From assembly GCF_006345805.1 (NCBI RefSeq), contig NC_043001.1, positions 83,824,001 through 83,888,000 on the forward strand: DNA of 64,000 nucleotides, read 5' to 3'. Of the stretch, positions 53,076 through 64,000 are shown piece by piece. Both the position numbers and the translations under genes were made by a program. Below the pieces are notes generated by a model. That model was not told the DNA's origin. It made no database searches and saw only the letters and a list, made by a program, of their open reading frames with translations. Source of the DNA: Octopus sinensis (Eukaryota). The number at the start of each line of letters is the position of its first letter. Positions within the stretch are counted from its first letter, which is position 1.

Positions 53076-53782
53076 TTTACCCTGTAGCGTACGCTTAGTG
53101 AAATTCTCTCTCTCTCTCTCTCTGACATATATAACATAAATGCGGACGTAGCAGAAAACAGCTAGCCTTTGGCCGCTTGGACTCTGTTCTGTCCACTACT
53201 CTGATTGGTTGGTATTGGCACAATTTTCTCTTGCTCTATTACCCTGATGTTAGGATCAGTATAAGCTTCCCCAGGCGCTGGCGTGAGCATCGCATTAATC
53301 TTTATTAATAGTGAAACGCAATGCAAGCTCTTGAAAAATTGTCCATTAACAGATGCATATCTTGTTCTCAATGAGCCATCACGTTGTCATCGTTAGAATA
53401 TAGCATTTCACACAAAATCTCAAAGGCCTTAGAGTTGAAGCTCAACCGGCTCAGATTGAATAGTTTACTAGCTTGCCTGGGGTTCGGAACTTGTACATAC
53501 ATACATACATACATACATACATGCATACATACACACATACATACATACATATATACATACATACATACATAGACTCGAAGCGGCAAGTCGCATATTTGGC
53601 GTGGGAGACTATTTATCGAAAATACGATGAATACTATCTCCAACGTTGGAGCCACAGCTATTAGCCTTGTTAAATAAATGGTTAATCTTCAGATGAATTA
53701 ATGAGGGGGGCCTTTTATTCACGATCGTAGTGATTTTCGACTGAAACTTGAACTTATCATACAGAGAGTTACTACAAATAAC

Positions 53783-56700
53783 ATGGCTGGACACAACATC
53801 AATAACAACACAATCGAGGAACTGAACGAAAACAACAACTCAGCAGGTAAACAAATTCTTTCTAGCTGTAGTTATACAAGAAACCGTAACTACAAAACTT
53901 ATTTCTCTTGGAGTTATGAACTGGATAATGATCTATTTAACTGCTGTAAAAAAGCGAAGCAAACCCCGCTGTTGGCTAAATGAATCAATTGAAATCATAT
54001 TAGGACGATCCGCATCCAGAATTAAGTCATTTTACTGAGAAGCAACTATGCCAACAAACAACATTTGTAGAACATAGAAAGAAGGTTAGTAACTGTAGCT
54101 TTATTTAAAAAATCGAAAATTAACCTTCCCAACTCCACAACCTAAAGCGAAAACGGGAATTATATAAGACAACCATGTAGTTTCGCAGCTAGCGACATTC
54201 CAACAGATTTTTTAGTGCCTGCTAGCCAAACTACATTACTGTCCTCCTACTACGACTATGGTAGATAGCAGGCACAACCGCAACGATTATTGTAGTAGTA
54301 GTGGTAGTCAGGATCATATACCAGTGAAATGTGCCTTTACTGAAATTTCCCGAGAAAAATAACTTTGGTTTTGAAGTACCCTCTCGAAGAGAGAGAGTAC
54401 TCTTTACCAAAGTAAGTAAAAAACCACCAGATACAGTATTAAAAGCTGTTAATGGAATTGGTGATGAGTATTCACAACAGTTTGACGAACCCACATACTA
54501 GCAGATTAACGTCTGTCTATGTACTCTGGCTACTACAGTAAAACAGTACATGAATGATATTCAAAAACGTAAACAAAACCGAAATAACAAAGAAAGAACC
54601 ATTATAGGTTTTGAAGACAGAAAAAGATAACTGGTTTATGGAAGACCATCAGTCATGTAACAATGCTTATTGCATGTAAATAAGCAAATCACTATACGTT
54701 CCACCAAAAGAAAGTAAAGAAGGAGATAGAAATTACGTTTAGAGACAGCAAAAAGAGGACACTCACTTGCAAACTGATTACCCTCAAACAGGAGCTAAAA
54801 ACTGTCAGAGAAAAACTCTGACATCAGAAGAGAATAACCGAGAGAAGACCAAAAATTCAACTGCAACCAGGTAGCGGTATACAGAGACATGAGAGGAGGA
54901 GCAGTAATCATCATGGAAGCTCCTTCACGAGAAGACATAGACTCCTTCTGGAGGAAAGTCTGGAATGAAGAGAAGGAATTTAACCAAGATGCTCTGTGGC
55001 TGGAAGAAATCCGAATAAGTTATTGCTCCTGCGTTACATCCAAAACATACAACATTGCTGGTGAAACTCTTGCAACTGTGATCCAGAAACTCCAGGATGG
55101 AAAAGCACTTGGAAGAGACTACGAGAAGCTAACATTCTACCGACCATATCTTATCAATCTGTACCAGCAAGCTTTCATTGGGAACAGTAGCATACCACAC
55201 TAGTTAGCCCTGGCAGAACCAAACTTGATCCCCAAATGCAGAACCACCCACATGACAAAACAACTACCGGCCAATTGCATGCCAGAACATAATGTATAAG
55301 ATATATACAGTATGTTTAAACCTCTTCCTCCAGAACAAGCAGCTAGGAAGAAGCAAGGGGATGCGCCGAGCAATTTTTAATCAACAAAAGTGTGATGTCA
55401 GAGGTGCGAGAGTATAGGAGGAACCTAGTTTCAATGTGGCTAGACTACAAGAAAGCCTTTGACTCTGTTCCCCACTCATGGACGCTAGAAACTCTTAAAC
55501 TTGCTAAAGTTCCAGTGAGAATAGTCAAAGCCATAGCTGACCTAACTTCATCGTGAGCCACCATCTTGAAATTAAACACAAAGAGTGGCTGTATTCTCAC
55601 GGATAGAATACAGTATCGCAAAGGCATATTCCCAAGAGACAGCCTGTCCGTGATGTTGTTTATATTTTCTGTAAATCCCTTGTCATTCATGTTAATGAAG
55701 TCTGAAGGATATCTCACTGGTTCATATGGAAACAGAAATACCAAAATTACACAGCTTTTTTGGGGATGACTTAAAACTTTATGCAAAGAATATGCATGAG
55801 ATGAAAAAGAGCCATGACCTAATTACAACATTCTCAAAGGATGTAGGGTTGGAGTTTGGTCAGGATAAATGTTATATGGTTGTGTAAAGGGGGAAACTAT
55901 AACCAGACTAGTAACATCTCCCTCAATGACTGTTTCCTCTGTATCTGACGAAGAATCTAAGCGGTTTAGGGGTGGATGAAAATATATCTTACAATGGCAC
56001 CTGTAACTAAACACGTGTAACTAAAGAATATTACAGCTGAATAAAGAAAATTTTAACCTCAGAACTCTCTGCATTCAATAAAACAGTGGACCACAATGTG
56101 TTTTGCAGTGCCAGTACTCATTCCAACATTTGGGCTGTTTGATTGGAAGCTTGATGAGATCCGAGCCATTGATGTGAAAACCCGAAAAATAGTAACAAGC
56201 ACACATAATTTCCACATAAACAGTAACGTAGACCGCCTGTACCTAAAACGAAAACAAGGCCACAGAGGCTTAATATCAATCCAAAATACCTTTGAATGTC
56301 GCATCATATCCCTTCGGCAACATCTTTTAACCACCAAGTGTCGAAGTACATCCCTTGACCAAGTTTGCATACATGAGGCTGATAACATCATAAGACTTGG
56401 AATGCAGCACCTTGAGTAACACCTTCTGTCTGATAACCTAGAATACGTGCCCAAAGAAGTTGCATGACTCTACCGCAGCGTATCATCAGATGAAAGGATG
56501 AACCTATTTGAGCAGAAGACTATGCATGGTTATGTTAGTAGAAAACTCCGTGATGATAATAACATCGATCGTCAAAACAATTTATCATGAGCCAATAGCC
56601 GGATTACTACCTTTCATTTTGAATGGTATGCACTTGCAATCCGGGAACTGGAAATATCAACCAAGTACCTCATGCACAAAAGGAATAGTGATGCAGGAAA

Positions 56701-57565
56701 AGCAGCAAAATGTGACAAAGCAGTAAAATGGAGTTCACACTGAAGATATTATCCACATCATAAGCAGTTAACCGAAAATGTCATCACGGTATTATCTACC
56801 GATGAGACATGCTGTTGTAGCTAGGACACTCTATGATGAAATCCGTTGGAAGGATAATCACGAGGACAAAGAAATAAGAACTCACAATATGGTAGAAGCC
56901 ATAACCACTCATAATGAAAAGGAATACTGGTGGAATGTACCAGTGAAGACATCAATAAAATGTAAGGACATTAGACCTGATATAATGATTTGGGATAGAG
57001 AAGAGAAACTGTGCAGAGTTGTGGAAATTAGCTGCCCAGCGGATGTAACATAAAGCTGAAGATCAGTGAAAAAGACAACACCTATGCTGAATTATTGAGA
57101 AATCTGCAGTTACTCTATCCAGATTACAAGTTCAGGTTTATACCTGTAATTATTGGAGCCCTGGAATATGTAACACACTGCCTAAATACCAATCTTGAGA
57201 AACTGGGCTTCTCAAAACCAGCTAATTCGAAGACTACAGATCCAATCTATCACTGGAACTAAGATTCTGTAAAACTTTCCAGAGGTTTATCATTTAAATA
57301 TATATGAACATGTCTAGATATGCAACTACATGCACGAGAATACATATATAAAACATACAAATATGCACATACATACATACATACATACATACATACATAC
57401 ATACATACATACATACATACATACATACATACATACATACATACATGCATACATACATACATACATACATACCCTGTTGTTGCTGAAATTCCAATGGAGC
57501 TTTCGATCTAGGTTAGAAACCGATTCTCTGTCTATTGGCAAGACACCTTGAAATAAACTGAATAA
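53783..57565 (+). mobile_element. Near full-length decayed R4/Dong-type non-LTR retrotransposon (RT plus REL endonuclease)
   Basis: N-terminal HPELSHFTEKQL, NYRPIAC, WLDYKKAFDSVPH, KGIFPRDSLS, GDDLKLY, RPDIMIWD..VVEISCP, FIPVIIGAL; many stops and frameshifts. Confidence 0.9.
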
Positions 57566-58036
57566 CGACATACATACATACATACATATATACATACATA
57601 CATACATACGCACACACACGCATACATAGACGCATACATACACACAGACACACACACACACACACATACACACACACACACATACATCTCGGGGTGGTCA
57701 AGTTTGCTTAACGTAAAAAGCATTTCCGATAAACTTTAGGTATTTGAGAGTCGCAAGACACGGACAACTTTTATACTGTGTTTATGTTTGTATCTGTGTC
57801 TGTTTATGTTTCGCAATTTAGATTGATAAAATAAATATCATACATGAAAAAAAATAAGTACTGCATTTGATATGATTGACTAAACACTTTGAAGGCGGTG
57901 CTTCAACGTGGTCGCAGTCTAATGATTGAAACTAGTAAAATAAAAGAATATGTTTTGTTACATATTTTGGATGTATGCAATAAATGTTATTCATCGATGC
58001 AGTTTCTTGAACTGTTAAGTTGTATTAATTTCAGCT

Positions 58037-58265
58037 TACTCTCTTTTCTCTCTTTTACTTGTTTCAGTCATCTGACTGCGGCCATGCTGGAGCACCGTCT
58101 TTAGTCGAGCAAATCGACCCCAGGACTTATTCTTTGTAAGCCTAGTCCTTATTCTATCGCGGTCTTTTCCCGAACCGCTAAGTTACGGGGGACGTAAACA
58201 CACCAGCATCGGCTGTCAAGCGATAGTCGGGGACAAACACAGACACACAAAATATACACACACAC

Positions 58266-58333
<68 letters not shown>

Positions 58334-58475
58334 GATGGGATTCTTTCAGTTTCCGCCTAGCAAATCCGCTCACAAGGCTTTGGTCGGCCCGAGGCTATAG
58401 TAGAAGACACTTGTGCAAGACTGAACCTGGAGCCATGTGGTTGGTAAGCAAGCTACTTTCCACACCGCGACTCCT
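58037..58475 (-). mobile_element. SINE family A
   Basis: Homology to the other family A copies. Confidence 0.9.
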
Positions 58476-58707
58476 AGTTTTGTTAAAAGTTTTAGCGTAT
58501 TTAATATAGTGACAAACGACAGAAAGGCTTAGGGAAAATGTGCGAATTTGTATTTCAATCGCATAAAATTAGACTGTCAAAAACAAAATGAAAAATCAAA
58601 AAAGGGAAATATGGAAAAAAGCAAACCAAGAAAATTATAGATATTTGAATCACACTCTACCATACAAAGTTAGTCATATCTTAATATGTTTTATGGTAAA
58701 TGAAATC

Positions 58708-59288
58708 GACGAGCTGGCAGAAACGTTAGCACGCCGGGCGAAATGCTTAGCAATATTTCATCAGGCTTTACGTTCTGAGTTCAAATTCCGCCGAGGTCGA
58801 CTCTGTCTTTCATCCTTTCAGGGTCGATTAAATAAGTACCAGTTACGCACTGGGGTCGATATAATCGACTTAATCCGTTTGTCTGTCTTTGTTTGTCCTC
58901 TCTGTGATTAGCCCCTTGTGGGTAGTAAAGAAATAGGTATTTCGTCTGCCATTACGTTCTGAGTTCAAATTCCACCGAGGTCGACTTTGCCTTTCATCCT
59001 TTCGGGGTCGATAAATTAAGTACCAGTTACGCACTGGGGCCGATCTAATCGACTTAATCCCTTTGTCTGTCCTTGTTTATCTTCTCTATGTTTAGCCCCT
59101 TGTGGGTAATAAAGAAATAAGTATTTCGTCTGGCTTTACGTTCTGAGTTCAAATTCCGCCGAGGTCGACTTTGCCTTTCATCCTTACTGGGTCGATAAAT
59201 TAAATAACAGTTGCATAGTGGGATCGATCTAATCGACAAGAATCCTCCCCCAAAATTTCGGGCCTTGTGCCTAGAGTAGAAAAGAATA
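58708..59288 (+). mobile_element. SINE family B three-unit array
   Basis: Head + (body + Tx1-like tail) x2 + body + standard tail; period about 184 bp. Confidence 0.9.
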
Positions 59289-59379
59289 TTTTTATGACAA
59301 ACAGATAATGAAGCATATATCAGACTTTAAAGCAGTTGTTTATTACACTTAGAGATTTTGTGGGTTTATATCTCGGCTG

Positions 59380-59890
59380 GTGGAGGCGCAATAGCCTAGT
59401 GGTTAGGACAGCGGACTCGCGGTCGTAGGATCGTGGTTTCGATTCCCAGATGGGTATTGTGAGTGTTTATTGAGCGAAAACACCTAAAGCCCCACGATGC
59501 TCCGGCAAGGGGTGGTGGTGAACCCTGCTGTACTCTTTCACCACAACTTTCTCTCACTCTTTCTTCCTGTTTCTGTTGTACCTGTATTTCAAAGGGCCTG
59601 CCTTGTCACACTCAGTGTGACGCGGATTCTCCCCGAGAACTACGTTAAGGGTACACGTGTCTGTGGAGTGCTCAGCCACTTGCACTTTAATAAATGAGCT
59701 GTGGCGTCACTGGTGCCAAGCCGTATTGGCCTTTGCCTTTCCCTTGGATAACATCAGTGATGTGGAGAGGGGAAGCTGATATGTATGAGCGACTGCTGGT
59801 CTTCCATAAACAACCTTGCCCAGACTTTGACACGGAGAGTAACTTTCTAGGTGCAATCTCATGGTCATTCAAGACCGAAGGGGGTTACAA
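59380..59890 (+). mobile_element. SINE head D with partial tail 2 and a further distinct 3' tail
   Basis: Homologous to 15578-15880, then diverges at ..cacttgcac. Confidence 0.75.
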
Positions 59891-59954
59891 CAATCTCGGC
59901 TGAAAATTTGTTTGATATGTTGTCAAGGCTGAATGAATTAGCTCCGTCAAGTAA

Positions 59955-60480
59955 CGATTTGTGAGGTTTGCCCAGAGCTTCAATTTCACCAAGTCCATTA
60001 CAGAGTACAGTGATGTTATGCTAAAAGTTGAGATAAGTCGCACATTCGTTTTCTTCAGTCAGGATATTTCATTTCTGGAACTTCTTTCCACAACTAAATT
60101 GAAGACTGGGATTTATGGATCATTTTTAGACCCAGGAACTCCTGTAATTTCATTTGTTCCATTTTCATAGTAGATAATTCTGTAACTACAGAGTTGAGAA
60201 TTGGACCACCATCACTGAACACAAATCAATGAAAGCGGGGCTTTATCATCTGTAAGACATTAAACCTGGTTACGAAATTATTATCAAGCAACCCTTGTAA
60301 TTTACGCTTGTGTCCTTCTAGCTTGTGATGTTCTATTTCAGCATCAGGGAATGTATTAACTCCCGTTTTGAAGTGGGAAGGTGATTGAAATTTCTTTAGA
60401 ATATATTACTTTGAAAAGATTTATTTTACTCTGGAAGCTAAAAAATCTGCGTAAGATCAAAAGAACTCTTATTCTTCCCT
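59955..60480 (-). mobile_element. Buster/Charlie-like hAT transposase relic
   Basis: Manual translation ..LDNNFVTRFNVLQMIK/PAFID.. and ATYL resemble hAT dimerisation-region motifs; heavily degraded. Confidence 0.45.
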
Positions 60481-61414
60481 TGGAGCGCCAAGTTGTAGAT
60501 GATTAATTATATTGGTAAAGAACATAAAATTTTGCATTCATTCGTAATTTTCCAGTTCAGGAGAGGATTTTTTGCTTTGCTCTAAGAACTAAAGAACAAT
60601 GGCTCTTCAATATCTAGCACTCATCGTTCAGAACTATTTCTCTGACTCATTGTTGTGTTGAGGTGGCTCCACCAAGAGGTAAAATAATATAAATTATTGG
60701 GTTAATAAATGACATCAATATTATTCTAAGCAGATAATGTGATAATGACTATTGTGAAAAAAGAAATGTGACAAGCGGTAAAAGATAAAGAATGGAAGAG
60801 ACATCAGATAAATTCTCTCATTTGTTGTCTCTTTTCAAAGCGTGTTTCGAGAGAGTGTTTGAAAGTAACATCCAAGAAGCAAACAATAACTTGAATGGGA
60901 CACGTGATGAGAAACTCAAAGAGTACAAAGCTAAAACTGAAAGGGCAGAAATTTTTTTTTAAATCATTACGATTTAATCTTTTGGTTTATTTGATAAATG
61001 TAAGAAAAGCCTTTTCCGCAGCACTGCTGGATCATTCACACCCAATAAATAATTATAAAGCTTGAATAATATCTTATCTAACTTCTATATTAACTGTGAT
61101 AAATAATAATAAAAAAAAGAGCTCGGCCAGCACATTTCCCCGAGCCACATGCATTGGTTTAAAATTTTGGCTCAAGGCCAGCATTTCGTGGAAGGAGTAA
61201 GTCGATTACACCAACTCCAGTTCTCAAGTGGTACTTATTGCATCGACCCCGAAAGGATGAAAGGCAAAGGTGACCTGGGTAGCATCTGAACCCAGAATGC
61301 AAAGTCAGAAGAAATGCCGCTAAGTATTTTGTCTGGTAATGTTACTGACAGCTTGCCTCCCTCCAGAACTACAAATAATAACAGTCAAAGGGCCGCATTC
61401 GGTTTACAAGCTGC

Positions 61415-61755
61415 GGTTTGAGCACCGTACTTAGTAATTATATATACATGGTACACCGTCGGCTACGACGACGAGGGTTCCAGCTGATCCGATCAACGGA
61501 ACGGCCTGCTCGTGAAATTAACGGGAAAGCGGCTGAGCACTTCATAAACACGTGTACCCTTAATGTAGTTCGGAGTGACACAGTGTGTGACAAGGATGGC
61601 CCTTCTAATCAGAGGTATTACTCATTTTTGCCAGCTGAATGGTCTGAAGCAACGTGAAATAAAGTGTCTTGCTCAAGTACACAGCGCCCCGCCGGGAATC
61701 AAACTCATGATCTTACGATCGTGAGCCGAATGCTCCTTACCACTAAGCCACGGGC
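61415..61755 (-). mobile_element. SINE, head C plus tail 2
   Basis: Homologous to 11707-12012 and 49480-49800. Confidence 0.8.
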
Positions 61756-61779
61756 CCTGTTGTTAATTTCTTTACCTTA

Positions 61780-61812
61780 TTTCCGACGACGAGCTTAGCT
61801 CGAAACGTCAAA
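61780..61812 (+). ncRNA. Hammerhead relic (U4 to C) in a PLE-like fragment
   Basis: ttt CCGACGA c gagc tta gctc GAAA cg TC aaa. Confidence 0.5.
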
Positions 61813-61990
61813 CTCCCTCTTTTCACCGAGCGTCAAGTTGATATATTCATTGTGCGCGTCCTCTTGTTATCGGTTAATTTTATAATTGTTTTTTTTAATT
61901 GATAGTTTATTTGAATTGACTATATGTGTGTGTGTATGTGTGTGTGTGTGTGTGTGGTGTGTGTGTGTGTGTGTGTGTGGTGTGTGTGTG

Positions 61991-62022
<32 letters not shown>

Positions 62023-62340
62023 GTGTACACATTCAACTTATAATAAAATACAATAAAATACATCTGCAGACACACGCACAATCACACACATCGCTATATG
62101 GTAAAAGTCATGCGTATAATCACATGTCAGGTTTCCGATAACCACACGCCAACAAGTGTTAACCAAGCAAGTCAGTGCAATCTGCGTGTGGACGGATCGT
62201 CGGTGACTAAGCTACTCACCTACTCAGCAAGTTTATTTGGACGCCTTGTGCAATGATAAACAAGATCTGTCAACGTGTACAGGAGCACGTTAGTCAACAG
62301 CCACTCTATACAGTGCATATATTCATTTGTAAGCGTATAT

Positions 62341-62453
<113 letters not shown>

Positions 62454-62836
62454 TTAAGTGCATTTACATATATATCTAAATCCCCCCTGAGAAAAGGAGA
62501 ATCTCATTTTCTCACTTCAAGTGTGGCATGTTTATTTTCTCTGACCATTCTTGCCTCTGATTTTTACTTGCTGCCAGTTTAATGGCTTCAAAGATTTAGA
62601 GTTTGAATTTCGTGTCTCCCACAGGTGTCTGCCACAATGAAATTTCATGTGCAGGTGGTAGTGTACATTATATATATATATACACACACGCAGACGCACA
62701 CGTTTATTGTGTGAAATACTTGTAAGAAACACAAATGCAAAACTGTCCGTTTGCGGCCATTAAACTAGCAGCAAGCGAAAACAGGAATGAATGGTCAGAG
62801 AGAATAAAGAGGATAAACACGGTGCACTTGAAGTGC

Positions 62837-62876
<40 letters not shown>

Positions 62877-62924
62877 TGTGTGTGTGTGTGGTGTGTGTGT
62901 GTGTGCCTGTGCGTGTGTGTGTCA

Positions 62925-63372
62925 CTTTTCAACTTTATTTCAAGATTACTTGTCAATAGAGTAAGAGCTGATTTCTAACATAGGATCCAAGGCTCCGTCA
63001 TTGGAATATCAACAACATCAACAAGGTATGTTTGTATGTATGTATGTATATGTGTAGATTTGTGTGTTTTATTTATGTATTCTCATGCATATAGTTGCAT
63101 GTCTAGACATAATCATATATACTTAAATGATAAACTTCTGGAAAGTTTTACAGATTTTACAATTGGCTTGAATCTGTAGTCTTCGAATCAGCTCTCTCCT
63201 TTCTAGTTTCGAAAAGCTTAATTTCTCAAGATTGTTATTTTGGCAGTGTGTTACGTATCCCAATGGCCCAATAATTATAGGTATAAACATGAACTTGTAA
63301 TCTGGATAGAGTAGCTGCAGATTCCTCATTAGGCCAGCGTAGGTATTTTCTTTTTCTCTGATCTTTTTCGCT
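62925..63372 (-). mobile_element. 3' fragment of R4/Dong-type LINE between microsatellites
   Basis: KIREKENTYAGLMRNLQLLYPDYKFMFIPIIIGPLG plus 3' UTR. Confidence 0.85.
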
Positions 63373-63487
63373 ATGTATGTATGTATGTATGTATGTATGT
63401 ATGTATGTATGTATGTATGTATGTATGTATGTATGTATGTATGTATGTATGTAGGTAGGTAGGTAGGTAGGTAGGTACGTATGTACG

Positions 63488-63722
63488 TTCCTAAGATTTT
63501 CGTTGCGTCTTGCAACCTTTTCAACAGTCAACGACTATTGAAAGGGTTGCAAGACGAAGCGAAAATTTTAGGAAAAATAAATAATTGAATGGAAATATTT
63601 ACCGGTGAGTGTGTAAAATAATAAGGCACTAAAAGAGAATGACTCTCCTTAGACACAACAAAATATGCTTCAACGCACGAACTCACATAAAGAATCTTGT
63701 AAATCAAATCCAAAAGCGAAAT
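63488..63722. mobile_element. Second copy of the 23620 family with a short fold-back
   Basis: About 37-bp imperfect inverted arms at 63488-63572, then homology to 23800-23940, ending in (TA)n. Confidence 0.65.
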
Positions 63723-64000
63723 ATATATATATACTTGTGTGTGTGTGTGTGCATATACTTATGTTAATATGTGTGTATACATACAAATATATATTTGCAC
63801 ATATGTATTTATAAACAGATATACATATGCATATGTATACATATATGTACGATGCCGCGAAGCTACACCAAAAAGATCGACACTATGCGACATATCAGCT
63901 ACTAGGATAGACTAAAAGTGTTAAGACTCTACTCCTTAGATCAAAGGTGGGAAAGGTATGTAGCATATTCAGTCCTCGGACTGAAACTTAGAGTATATAT

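Noticed and set aside
59380-59455. tRNA genes (also 10665, 15580 and 27530)
   Set aside because: The A and B boxes are SINE heads; there is no complete cloverleaf, and each continues into a SINE body.

Overview
AT-rich, repeat-saturated eukaryotic DNA. The SINE families and microsatellite style resemble an Octopus genome; this is an inference, not verified. I found no intact host gene, so the window is either intergenic or inside a giant intron, with one credible 35-nt micro-exon at 32367-32401. Nearly all ORFs in the supplied track are microsatellite artefacts. The window contains at least four tRNA-headed SINE families and decayed LINEs: Tx1/L1-type, a near full-length R4/Dong-type element plus two 3' copies, RTE, Hero-type and CR1/L2. 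It also holds Penelope-like pieces with minimal hammerhead ribozymes, DNA transposon relics (Tc1 DD36E, maT-like, DD41D-like, Chapaev3-like, Buster-like hAT), several MITEs and minisatellites. Two observations stand out. (1) A 362-bp circularly permuted hammerhead unit at 3916-4562 has a compensatory U3-A8 core, and its inverted arm starts exactly at the predicted self-cleavage site. (2) A tandem-forming SINE subfamily has a 3' tail matching the 3' end of the Tx1-like LINE in this same window.
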